Source: Acidobacteriota bacterium (GTDB lineage: Bacteria; Acidobacteriota; UBA890; WLXD01). Taken from it: a DNA stretch of 64,000 nucleotides. Of this stretch, positions 37,744-46,707 are shown piece by piece; position 1 is the first letter of the stretch; each line of letters begins with the position of its first letter. The position numbers and the translations under genes are program-made. Below the pieces are notes generated by a model. It was not told the origin of the DNA, ran no database searches, and saw only the letters and a program-made list of their open reading frames with translations. The stretch covers positions 5,344,001 to 5,408,000 of the forward strand of contig CBDFKD010000002.1 in NCBI GenBank assembly GCA_965248695.1, in the 5' to 3' direction.

Positions 37744-40530
37744 TCACTGCGCGTCGGGCGCGACGCCGTAGTAACCCTCGCGTACCTGAACCCAGGCCCC
37801 CGGCTTTCCCTTCACCTCGACGCGTAGCTGGCGCCAGGTACCGTCGTAGCGCACATTGCGCGGGTAATACGACAACGCGTACTGGCTGTTGAGCTCGTCA
37901 GCGATGAGGCCGTAGATCTCCTCCAGCTCTTCGAGGCCGATGGGGAAATAGGGCGCTCCACCGGTGGCATCGGCGATCGATCGCAGCTGCTCGACGCCAC
38001 GTTTGACGGCACCGCTGGCATCACCGTACTCGGTGCCCTCCTGCATCAGCTGCAGACCGATCGTGTACACCAGCACGTCCGACTGGCGGAGATATTCCAG
38101 AACGTCTGCAAAGGCCATCTGGCTGTTGGTGTCGAGCCCGTCCGACAGCACAACCAAGGCGCGCTTCCCGGTGCGCCGGTTGAGCTTACGAATCGTCTCG
38201 GCGAGCGTATCGAAGAGCGCCGTGCTGCCGTCCGGATCGATTGCGTCCAGCGCCGCCTTCAGCGCCTCCTTGTCGTGGCTGAAATCGGAGTAGAGCCAGA
38301 CGCGATTGTTGAAGCCGAGGATCATTGCCTGGTTGATATCGCTCACCAGGGCATCGACAAGCCGCACCCCTCCGGCACGCTCGGCGCGAATGCCCCCGCC
38401 GAGCATGCTGCTGCTCTGATCCAGCGAGAGTGCGGCCGAAACCGGAACTTCGCCGAAGTCGAACTGCACGATCTCCTGCTCGGCACCATCCTCGGTAAGA
38501 CGGAAGTCTTCCGGCGTGAGGTCGCGCACCAGACGGCCTTGAGCGTCGCGCACGGTAGCGTGCACGGTTACCAGGTTGACGGTCGCGCCGAAGGAGATCG
38601 AGGCGCGATCAAGCACGATGTCATCGCTGGCGACCCGATCACCGGCCACTGCGACGGCGCGAATCACGAAAACTTCCTCGTCGTCCGGGAAGCTCCAGGC
38701 CATTTGGAATGGCTCCGTGTCGGCGGAGCCGATACGGCGGTCGTTGACGTAGAAATCGACGCGCTCGGCCGATTGGGACCCCATCACATTGGCGATCAGC
38801 TCGACGTCGCCGATCGGCAAGGTGTTGGGCGACGGGGATCCGATCCGCACTCGGAAGCTCGGCTCGATTGAGGACTCGGCTGCGCTCCCGTTGTCCCCCG
38901 CATCGTCGTCGTCCGGCTGGGCTGCGGTGGAGTACCGCGTCACCGCAGCCGTCGATCGCTCTTCGGGCTCGGCGGTGACCGTTCCTTCGGCTTCCGCAAT
39001 GCTCGGTGGACTACGGTAGATGCCACGGCGCGCACGTCGGGGTGCCTCGGGCGCATCGCGCACGACAATGTAGGCGTTGACCACCCCGGGCGGCTGCGCC
39101 ACGATCTTGTCCGTCAGATCCTCGACCGTTCCGGCCTCCCAGAACCGCGCCTCCACTCGCGCGTGACCGGTGCCGCGATTCGGGTACCCGAGCGCTTCTT
39201 CGATCAGGCGCGTCTCGCGCGGACCGATGCTGACGAAGTAGGCCCGCTGCACCCGCTCAGGGCGATCGAACCATTCGGCACTGATCAGGACTCCGACTCC
39301 GGTGACCCGGTCGGTCCTGTTCGTAAGCCGCAGCTGAAACGGCTCGACTCGTTGCTGCGACTCGTCCAGCGTCATCGAATCTGAGAGCAGCAACTCCCCC
39401 ACCGAGAAGCGCTCGTCGAACGCGAAGAATCGGCGCACGTTGTCGGCGTCGCCAAAGCCATGGCTATTGTTGGAGCGGTTCACGTCCGGGATCAGCCCGT
39501 TCGGATCCACGCTGACGCTGACAGGGTTGCAGGAGAGCTCCATCTCGATGGATTCGTCGTCGACGCCAGGGGCGACCGACTCCGTGGTGACCTGTCCATC
39601 AGGGCAGCGCGCCTGGACCGTCACCGGTACCGGGAAGGGCACGTCGCGGAGCACCCGGGCTCGCAGGCGAGTGGTCCCCTCACGAAGGCTGACGCGATCG
39701 ATGCCGACGTCGAGTGTCACTGTCGGCTTCAGCCAATCACGCACGACAGCATCGGGGTCGGGCTGCCGGGCGCGGCCGATGGCGTCGATGATCGCCGCCA
39801 GTTCCACGGATGGACGGGCCACCATCTGCCCGATCGCCGAGGTGACGACGTCGGCGCCGTACAGCCCTTCGAGTAGCTTGAACGTGGCATAGGCTTTACC
39901 ACGCGCCGCATCGGTGAGCGGTACCGCCGTCAGGTCCACCGGGCGCCGACTCTGTGCCGCGCGAGTGAAGTTGGCCTCGATCCCGTAGAGCACCGGCGTC
40001 GTCGACTTGAGATCACGGTAGATCCGATCGGTAAGGTAAAGAGCGGCGCCTTCCGTCCACCAGGGCGCGTCGCCGCCGGGTGCTCCGAGCGCGACTCGGC
40101 CGACCACGTAGGCACCCAGCCAGCGGGCGTACCCGAGGGCGTGAGCTGCTCCGAAGTCCTGCAATAGCAGCGGTACGTTCGTATGCATGACGACGACCGC
40201 CTGGCGGCCTTCACCGCGAACCTCGACGACTCCGTCGGCGCCGCTACCGGGTCCCGAAGCGACAGGCTCCCAACGGATCGTCCCGGCGGGCACCTCGACG
40301 CCGGTCAAACTGGAGATGCGGGTCGCCGCCACATCGGCGAACGACGCGAGGTTGATCGCCCAGTCGCGCCACGGTTCCGGATACTCGAGCCGAATGGGGG
40401 CATTCGACAACCTCAGAGTCGCTACCTGAGTTGCAGATGAGGCCACCGCACGGGAGGCAGCCGGCACCGACAACGCCACCAGTACGGCGCACGCGAGAGC
40501 GCGGCAAAACTGCTTGCGGGCATCTATCAT
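37744..40530 (-). CDS. Secreted multidomain protein: degenerate M1 peptidase-like region, Ig-like domain and VWA domain
   Basis: Signal peptide; WWTEGAALY; VDPNGLIPDVNRSNN; VDFYVNDRRIG; VWA MIDAS DQSSSM, GSTALFD, SDGLD. Confidence 0.8.
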   Translation of the reverse strand: MIDARKQFCRALACAVLVALSVPAASRAVASSATQVATLRLSNAPIRLEYPEPWRDWAINLASFADVAATRISSLTGVEVPAGTIRWEPVASGPGSGADGVVEVRGEGRQAVVVMHTNVPLLLQDFGAAHALGYARWLGAYVVGRVALGAPGGDAPWWTEGAALYLTDRIYRDLKSTTPVLYGIEANFTRAAQSRRPVDLTAVPLTDAARGKAYATFKLLEGLYGADVVTSAIGQMVARPSVELAAIIDAIGRARQPDPDAVVRDWLKPTVTLDVGIDRVSLREGTTRLRARVLRDVPFPVPVTVQARCPDGQVTTESVAPGVDDESIEMELSCNPVSVSVDPNGLIPDVNRSNNSHGFGDADNVRRFFAFDERFSVGELLLSDSMTLDESQQRVEPFQLRLTNRTDRVTGVGVLISAEWFDRPERVQRAYFVSIGPRETRLIEEALGYPNRGTGHARVEARFWEAGTVEDLTDKIVAQPPGVVNAYIVVRDAPEAPRRARRGIYRSPPSIAEAEGTVTAEPEERSTAAVTRYSTAAQPDDDDAGDNGSAAESSIEPSFRVRIGSPSPNTLPIGDVELIANVMGSQSAERVDFYVNDRRIGSADTEPFQMAWSFPDDEEVFVIRAVAVAGDRVASDDIVLDRASISFGATVNLVTVHATVRDAQGRLVRDLTPEDFRLTEDGAEQEIVQFDFGEVPVSAALSLDQSSSMLGGGIRAERAGGVRLVDALVSDINQAMILGFNNRVWLYSDFSHDKEALKAALDAIDPDGSTALFDTLAETIRKLNRRTGKRALVVLSDGLDTNSQMAFADVLEYLRQSDVLVYTIGLQLMQEGTEYGDASGAVKRGVEQLRSIADATGGAPYFPIGLEELEEIYGLIADELNSQYALSYYPRNVRYDGTWRQLRVEVKGKPGAWVQVREGYYGVAPDAQ

Positions 40531-40603
40531 GCGTTCGAGTATAGCATCGGGCCTTGCTCGAAAATCCTGCTACCGGGCTCGGATCCCATCCCTGACCGGA
40601 CCC

Positions 40604-40634
40604 TGAGTAATTATCGTAACTCACTGAATATACT
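40604..40634 (+). promoter_or_regulatory. Inverted repeat TGAGT-N10-ACTCA next to a TATACT -10-like hexamer upstream of fixC
   Basis: TGAGT 40604-40608, ACTCA 40619-40623, TATACT 40629-40634 in an AT-rich intergenic tract. Confidence 0.45.
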
Positions 40635-40736
40635 GGCGTTAAGGGAGTACGTGCGAGAGCCCCGATGGTTCTGCAAAGCGTCCTGACGACTCCCGTCTGA
40701 TGCATCGCCGCTAACAGCGACAACGAGAACTGAACG

Positions 40737-42041
40737 ATGTCAGATGAACGCTTCGAGGTGGTCATCGTCGGCGCTGGTCCGGCGGGCGCCGCTGCCGCGC
40801 TGACGCTGGCGCGCGCCGGGGTCGAGGTCCTCGTCCTGGAACGCGGCGACTATCCGGGTGCCAAGAACCTCTTTGGCGGCATCCTCTACACCGGCGTGCT
40901 CAACGAGCTCATTCCAGAGTTCTGGGACGAAGCGCCGATCGAGCGGCACATTGTGAACCGCCGCTGGCTGGCGCTGGATGACGACACGCAGATCGGGCTC
41001 GACCTAAAGAGCGCCAAGTTCGACGTCCCGCCGTTCAACAACACCTTCACGGCACTGCGATCCAAATTCGATCGATGGTTCGCCGAGCAGGCGGAAGAGG
41101 CCGGCGCGATGATCATCTGCGAGACCAACGTGGAGGAGCTGATCGTCGATCAGGGCAGTGTGCGAGGAGTCCGTACGGGTCGAGACGAGGGCGACGTCGA
41201 GGCCGATTGCATCATCCTCGCCGAGGGATCGAACGCCTTGCTCGCAGAGCGCGCCGGATTCAGGCCGATGATGAGTCCGACCAACCGCGTCAACGCCGTC
41301 AAGGAAGTGATCGCCCTTCCGCCGGAGATCATCGAAGATCGCTTCCATCTCGAAGGCCGGCAGGGAGCGGCGCTCGAGTACTTCGGCGGCGCCGTCAAGG
41401 GAACGGTCGGATCGGCATTCATCTACACCAACCACGACAGCCTCTCGGTTGGTGTCGGCAGCATCATCGCCGAATACCTACGCCTGCGCCTGGCTCCCCA
41501 CGAGATGCTCGACTGGTTCAAGGCCCATCCGATGGTGGCGCCCCTGCTGCGCGGCGGCGAGACCGTTGAGTACGCCACCAAGATGATTCCCGAGGACTCG
41601 TACGACCACCTCTCCGATCTGTACGAGGATGGTCTGCTGTTGATCGGCGATTGCGCCGGTCTGGTGAATCCCTCGATTCATCACGAGGGCACGAATCTGG
41701 CGATGGCCTCCGGCGTGGCGGCCGCCGAGGCAGTGCTCGAAGCACGCCAGAAGAACGATTTCTCCAAAGCAACCCTGGCGACGTACCGCGAGCGACTCGA
41801 GCAGTCCTGGGTCATGAAAGACCTGAAGCGATACCGCGACACGGTGCATTTCCTGCTCGAGAACCGCGAGTTCGTGAAGGACTATCCTGACCTCACCGTG
41901 CGCTTGATCCGCCGCTACTTCACCATCGACGACACGCCAAAGGATGACGTGATTCGAGATCTCTGGCGGCTCATTCGTGACGAGGTCAGTTTCTTCAAGG
42001 CGGCGCGCCAGATGTGGCGCGCCCGCAAGACCATGTTGTGA
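40737..42041 (+). CDS. fixC: FixC-like FAD-dependent ETF:quinone oxidoreductase
   Basis: VGAGPAG, ERGDYPGAKN, EYATKMIPE, GDCAG, GTNLAMASG. Confidence 0.92.
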   Translation: MSDERFEVVIVGAGPAGAAAALTLARAGVEVLVLERGDYPGAKNLFGGILYTGVLNELIPEFWDEAPIERHIVNRRWLALDDDTQIGLDLKSAKFDVPPFNNTFTALRSKFDRWFAEQAEEAGAMIICETNVEELIVDQGSVRGVRTGRDEGDVEADCIILAEGSNALLAERAGFRPMMSPTNRVNAVKEVIALPPEIIEDRFHLEGRQGAALEYFGGAVKGTVGSAFIYTNHDSLSVGVGSIIAEYLRLRLAPHEMLDWFKAHPMVAPLLRGGETVEYATKMIPEDSYDHLSDLYEDGLLLIGDCAGLVNPSIHHEGTNLAMASGVAAAEAVLEARQKNDFSKATLATYRERLEQSWVMKDLKRYRDTVHFLLENREFVKDYPDLTVRLIRRYFTIDDTPKDDVIRDLWRLIRDEVSFFKAARQMWRARKTML

Positions 42042-42048
42042 GGTGGTG

Positions 42049-42360
42049 ATGGCGATCGACGTTCGCGAATACCTGAAGCCCCACAAATCGCCCTCGATGG
42101 CCGAGCGACTCGACCTGGTCAAACGACGGTTCGCCGATGAAAGCCATATCCATGTGGACCAGGACGGTTTCCGCGCCGACCCAGACCAGGCCGTTCTGTT
42201 TATCTGTCCGGCGCAGGTGTTCAAGCTCAACACCGAGGATGGGGGCTGCATCGTCAACTACGAGGACTGCCTCGAGTGTGGTACCTGTCAGGTAGCGCGC
42301 CGCTACACCACCTGGAACAACCCGCAAGGCGGCTTTGGGGTGTCCTACCACTACGGCTGA
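42049..42360 (+). CDS. fixX: FixX-like ferredoxin
   Basis: ICPAQVF, CLECGTC, WNNPQGGFGVSYHYG. Confidence 0.9.
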   Translation: MAIDVREYLKPHKSPSMAERLDLVKRRFADESHIHVDQDGFRADPDQAVLFICPAQVFKLNTEDGGCIVNYEDCLECGTCQVARRYTTWNNPQGGFGVSYHYG

Positions 42361-42376
42361 TCCGAGGTACCGCCTG

Positions 42377-42619
42377 CTAGCTGCAGCGAACGAACACCCG
42401 CAGGAAGGTGTGCTCGCGCAGCACGCCGAGGTACTCGTTGCCGGTGCTCATGCACCACGCAGGCACATCGATCTCGACCCCGACGTCGTCGGCAAGCAGC
42501 ATCGCTGTCTGGCCGGCCCGCATCTGCTTGGCGGCGTTCTGGATACGGATCACGGGCTCCGGACAGAACGTGCCACGTGCGTCTACCGTCAACTCCGCGG
42601 AGTCCAGGAGCAGCCGCAT
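42377..42619 (-). CDS. TusA/SirA family sulfur carrier (start may be TTG at 42700)
   Basis: VDARGTFCPEP (CPxP), LLADD, DVPAWC..TGN. Confidence 0.85.
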   Translation of the reverse strand: MRLLLDSAELTVDARGTFCPEPVIRIQNAAKQMRAGQTAMLLADDVGVEIDVPAWCMSTGNEYLGVLREHTFLRVFVRCS

Positions 42620-42708
42620 TTGTTCCGCCGAGGCGCTGCCGTGGACCTGTTGACGGAAGGTTGCCCCCCGGCGATCTGACGGGCGGCGCGACGGCGTCAA
42701 TCCACGCC

Positions 42709-43755
42709 TCAGATGCGGATCTCGTCGAGGAGTCCGTCCTCGCGCACGGGCTCCACCACCAGCTGGCCCTCGTTCTCGTCGAGGTGCCAGTGCACCGGCA
42801 CCTCCGCCTCGCCGCGGCCGGCACAGTAGCGCGCCGTGATCTTGCACGCGAGCTCGAGCTGCTCGGCGGACGGGGCTCCCTCGATCAAGGTCAGCGGAGA
42901 GCTGAACTGCTCCACCCAAACCGCTCCCCGACCGATGCGGAATCGTTCGAGGAAGTCGTTCTCCGCCTCGTGCCGGCCGACGATGATCTTCACGCCGTCG
43001 CCGAGACGAAAATGGCGACCGACTTTCAACAACATCATGTCGTCGGGATCGACCTCGTTGCCGCGGTCGGTCAGCAGATCGCGGAGCTTGCGGGAGAAAT
43101 TCTCGTCGGGCAGGAAGCAGCATCCACCCGCAGGTTGCGGGTAGTCGATGAGGTCGAACTCGTCCGCCAGGCGCATTTGTTCGTGGCGCGAGCGGCCCGA
43201 GATGGCGTACAGGTCGTCGCGACGTACCCAGCCCTTCTTCTCGGGAATCGTCGGCTGCAGCAACTTGGCGGACAAGGGCCGCAGCAGGAGGCCTTCGAGC
43301 TCCGTCTCGCGCTCGATTGCCTGCATCGGTGGTCGCCGCTGGCTCATCGGCCGCTGCCCGAGCACCTCACCGGTAAAGATGAAGTCGTAACCCTGCTCTT
43401 CCAACATGGTCTTGGCGCGCTTGAGCATGAAGATGCGGCAATCAATACACGGGTTCATCCCCGAGCCGTAGCCGTGCTTGGGGTTCAGGACCACTTCCGA
43501 GAGGTAGTCGTCCTTGATATCGATGATCTCGACTGGAACCTGCAGCTGCGCCCCGGCGTGCAACGCGTCGTTGCGATAGGGCTTCTCGCGGTTGTTGGCG
43601 TTGCCCATGAGGCGATGCCGGTCGGCAACGCAGAACCCAGTAGAGAAATGCAGACCGAGAACCTCGACGCCGAGGCGCTGCAGGATGCTCGCGGCAAGCG
43701 TCGAGTCGAGACCTCCGGACATCAGGCCGAGTGCGCGAATAGGTCGCTGCGTCAT
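42709..43755 (-). CDS. PP-loop tRNA thiouridylase (MnmA/ThiI-like)
   Basis: SGGLDS PP-loop, NPCIDCR, TGEVLGQRPMSQ, PAGGCC, KVGRHFR. Confidence 0.8.
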   Translation of the reverse strand: MTQRPIRALGLMSGGLDSTLAASILQRLGVEVLGLHFSTGFCVADRHRLMGNANNREKPYRNDALHAGAQLQVPVEIIDIKDDYLSEVVLNPKHGYGSGMNPCIDCRIFMLKRAKTMLEEQGYDFIFTGEVLGQRPMSQRRPPMQAIERETELEGLLLRPLSAKLLQPTIPEKKGWVRRDDLYAISGRSRHEQMRLADEFDLIDYPQPAGGCCFLPDENFSRKLRDLLTDRGNEVDPDDMMLLKVGRHFRLGDGVKIIVGRHEAENDFLERFRIGRGAVWVEQFSSPLTLIEGAPSAEQLELACKITARYCAGRGEAEVPVHWHLDENEGQLVVEPVREDGLLDEIRI

Positions 43756-43907
43756 GTTCTCGTCAAGCCTGGTAGCACCGGATCGTGGGTACGGACTCGC
43801 AGCGTCTGAATCGCCTGGCGGCCGGCTGCAACCGCGCGTCTCGGCGGGCGACGGCGTGCGCCAAGCGTAGCATAGGGCAGGCGCGTCAGACGGGCGTCCG
43901 GCGCACC

Positions 43908-44507
43908 CTACCGGGCTGCCGAAGAGCTCCCTCGGCCCCAGCTCAGGAAGGGAACCCAGTCGTCGTGCGGATCGACCGTCGGCAGCAGCGAGGTGGCCGG
44001 ATGCCATGCCGGCTGCCGTGGCTCGCGCAGCAGCCGCATGCCGGCCTCTTCCGGGAGTCGATTCGCCTTGCGGGCGTTACACCGGAAACACGAGACAACG
44101 ATATTGACCCAGGTGGCGCGGCCGCCGCGCGAGCGCGGATGGACGTGATCCAGCGTCAGCTGCGAAGACCCCGCAACCCGGCCGCAGTACTGGCACTGAT
44201 GCTGGTCGCGCAGATAGACGTTGGCGCGGCTGAACTTCACGCGCGGTCGCGGAACTCGATCGTATTCGAGCAACTGGATAACGCGGGGCACCACGATCGA
44301 GCACGACGGCCCCGAGATCACGTCTACCGAGTCGAGCCTCGACCGGTTCGAGGCCTCGCTCCAGCTCTCCCAGCTGTAGGTCGCGAAGTCATCGGTGACG
44401 ACCTTTCCACGCCCGACGTAGAGCAACGTGAGCGCTCGGCGCACGTTGACCACGTTCACCGCCTGCCACAGGCGATTGAGAACGAGAACGCTAGCGTTGA
44501 GCCCCAT
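43908..44507 (-). CDS. HNH endonuclease (McrA-like, zinc-binding)
   Basis: VLVLN, RDQHQCQYCG, LTLDHVHPRSRGG, WVNIVVSCFRCNARK. Confidence 0.92.
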   Translation of the reverse strand: MGLNASVLVLNRLWQAVNVVNVRRALTLLYVGRGKVVTDDFATYSWESWSEASNRSRLDSVDVISGPSCSIVVPRVIQLLEYDRVPRPRVKFSRANVYLRDQHQCQYCGRVAGSSQLTLDHVHPRSRGGRATWVNIVVSCFRCNARKANRLPEEAGMRLLREPRQPAWHPATSLLPTVDPHDDWVPFLSWGRGSSSAAR

Positions 44508-44584
44508 TCGGTGCTTCCGTCCGAGTTGCATCCGTTCCAGGTTCGATGAGTCATTTTAGCAGTCGGGCTGCCACGACTACTCGG

Positions 44585-45772
44585 TCAGCGCTCGTCCACG
44601 ACCCCGTGTGCGCGAAGAATCTCGATCGTCCGCTGCAACGGCAACGCCTCGACCGTGCCACGCGCCCCGATCGTCGTGTGCGCCTGAAACAGGCTGTTAT
44701 AGATCGACTCCTCAGTGGCCTCGATGGCCGCCAGAAACAGAGGCGACAGTCGGTCAGTGGGCAACGGTGACGTCCGCGGCCGTGCCCCGCCGTCGGGTCC
44801 TGAGCGCAGACCGACATGGGTGGAAAAGGCAATCACGTAGTCGCCGCTGCCATTCGACCCGGAGGCGCCGGTGCGCGCCATGCCCATGAAGGCGCGCAGC
44901 GCCAGCCGCTCGAGACTGACCGCATCGAGCGGCGCGTCGGTGGCGACAATCATCATGCAGGACCCGTCGGCCTGCTCGCCCTCTCCGTCCGATCCGTCGA
45001 GCGCGTCACGCAAGTAGTATCGCCCGAGTTCCACGCCGACAGGCGCACCGGCGATGCTGAGCACACCGCCGAAGTTCGTCTGCACCAGTGCGCCGACCGT
45101 CCAACCCCCGAGTTGTTCCGGTAGCCGGCGTGAGGAGCTGCCGATGCCACCCTTGAAACCGAACGCGATCGTCCCGCTCCCGGCTCCTACTGCCCCTTCG
45201 GCCACGACCCCGGTGCTCGCCGACTCGATCGCCGTCCGCACGTGCTCGGGCAGGATCGGACGGGCGCGGATGTCGCTCAGGTAGCCGTCGTTGGTCTCGC
45301 CGACAATCGGGTTGATCGAACGCACGTCCTCGTTGCCAGGCAGATCGAGCATGTAAGAGATGAGCCCGTCCGCAGCACGCGGGACGCTCAGGGTGCCGGT
45401 CAGCAGCACCGGGGTCTCGATCGTCCCGAGCTCCCGGATCTGGCTGATGCCGGTCAGCTTGCCGAAGCCGTTGGCGACGAAGACCGCGCCTGGCACCTTG
45501 TCGCGGAAGAGGTTTCCGGAATGCGGCAGAATCGCCGTTATCCCCGTGTTCGTCCTTGGCGTGACGACCAGCGAGGTGTGACCGACGCGAACGCCGGCAA
45601 CATCAGTGATGGCGTTGAGCGGACCCGTAGGCAGCACACCGGACTCGACACCGAAGTCGCGCGCACGACCCCGTCCGTTCGGTTGCTGAGCGTCGGCCGG
45701 CCCCCCGGGCGCCGGTATCGAGATGAGGACAGCGGCGATCGTCGCCAGCCAGTAGCACCGCGTCCGCCTCAC
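44585..45772 (-). CDS. DmpA/P1 family aminopeptidase (S58), secreted
   Basis: NAITDVAGVRVGH, ETNDG, FKGGIG, GSCMM autocleavage site, NGSGD. Confidence 0.92.
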   Translation of the reverse strand: MRRTRCYWLATIAAVLISIPAPGGPADAQQPNGRGRARDFGVESGVLPTGPLNAITDVAGVRVGHTSLVVTPRTNTGITAILPHSGNLFRDKVPGAVFVANGFGKLTGISQIRELGTIETPVLLTGTLSVPRAADGLISYMLDLPGNEDVRSINPIVGETNDGYLSDIRARPILPEHVRTAIESASTGVVAEGAVGAGSGTIAFGFKGGIGSSSRRLPEQLGGWTVGALVQTNFGGVLSIAGAPVGVELGRYYLRDALDGSDGEGEQADGSCMMIVATDAPLDAVSLERLALRAFMGMARTGASGSNGSGDYVIAFSTHVGLRSGPDGGARPRTSPLPTDRLSPLFLAAIEATEESIYNSLFQAHTTIGARGTVEALPLQRTIEILRAHGVVDER

Positions 45773-46419
45773 CCGGTACCTCCTGCGTCGCCGAAGACGG
45801 CGCGTCGAAGATCATCGACGGCAAAGCTGGCCATACCTCGCCGCCTCCGCTCCTCCTCGACGCGCGCCATACGAGCCAACAGCTGTTCGACACGCTCTCG
45901 TTTCTCCGGGACCTGCCGCGCCTCGAGTGGGCTCATACCATCGAGCCGGGACTGGGGCTGGCGCGCCCACCGAGCCGCAAACGAGGCGTAGAACTCTGCC
46001 AGGACCTGCGCTTCGTAATCGGAGCTCCACGATTCAGGACGGTCGGCGACGTGGGATCGGCGGCCAGGAAGAAATCGCGCCAGGTCGTCGCGCGCGGCGA
46101 CCCGAGCCCTGGCATGCGGACGAAGCTGCTGATCGAGCGACCGCCAGCCGCGACCAACCGCCCCGGCGGTTGCTCCTTCCAGGACTAACCCGTTGTCCCG
46201 CAGCCGAAGAAGAAAGGCATCGCCAGATGCGCTACCCGGCTTCGCGTCGTCGTGCCACCAGTACCAGCGATGTGCCGAGCCGTCCCCGGCGGTGTCCGAC
46301 AGTTCCTGAGCGCCGAGCGCGAGCAACGCCTGGTGGGTTGCCACGGCATCGTCAACCTCGAAGAAAGCCTTGCAGAAAACGAGGCTCGAACGCTGCGGCG
46401 ACGTCAACGGCGCACTCAT
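45769..46419 (-). CDS. Hypothetical protein with C-terminal Xre/MbcA/ParS-like (DUF2384-like) segment
   Basis: WARQPQSRLDGMSPLEA resembles the W..P...L.G.TP motif; its stop overlaps the DmpA start. Confidence 0.6.
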   Translation of the reverse strand: MSAPLTSPQRSSLVFCKAFFEVDDAVATHQALLALGAQELSDTAGDGSAHRWYWWHDDAKPGSASGDAFLLRLRDNGLVLEGATAGAVGRGWRSLDQQLRPHARARVAARDDLARFLPGRRSHVADRPESWSSDYEAQVLAEFYASFAARWARQPQSRLDGMSPLEARQVPEKRERVEQLLARMARVEEERRRRGMASFAVDDLRRAVFGDAGGTG

Positions 46420-46707
46420 CCGGCGGATTATACGCACTCTCGAGCCATTCTTGATGATATAGTTATCATATTAAAATCGTATTACACTTATTTACAGTTT
46501 TTCCACAGGCCTGACGGCCCTGGCGAGCCTCGCCAGCACGCCGAAACCCCTTATATGTCGGTGATCCAGGTCCGGAACGGCGGAAATAGGATTCCGCCAC
46601 CACCGATTATCCACAGCGACTCTAGTGGCGAACGTGTGCACCGATGACATTCGTCGAAGGCGACCCCACAGACGGGATGGACACTCGAGGAGGGCCGGAT
46701 CTAGCGA
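46420..46707. other. Candidate replication origin / DnaA-box cluster with AT-rich element
   Basis: TTATACGCA 46428-46436, TTATTTACA 46488-46496, TTTTCCACA 46499-46507 followed by GGCC, perfect TTATCCACA 46607-46615; by eye the most AT-rich tract of the window (about 46445-46500). Confidence 0.6.

Noticed and set aside
40602-40625. Possible HspR HAIR operator
   Set aside because: Spacer is 10 bp rather than 7 and the outer bases do not match CTTGAGT-N7-ACTCAAG; kept only as a generic operator candidate
40636-40695. Possible fluoride riboswitch (CTGACGACTCC resembles its 3' end)
   Set aside because: The 5' GGxGAUGGxGUUCxCC element is absent and the downstream gene is not fluoride-related
42577-43809. 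410-aa plus-strand ORF
   Set aside because: Antisense to the thiouridylase gene; no independent evidence of coding
43908-44507. HNH nuclease as an RNA-guided (IscB/Cas9-like) or homing element
   Set aside because: Small stand-alone McrA-like HNH with no RuvC motifs, no adjacent repeat array and no evident ncRNA
46445-46480. AT-rich palindrome as a dif site
   Set aside because: No convincing TTATGTTAAA XerD arm or 28-bp dif layout; the DnaA-box and parAB context favours an origin-type element
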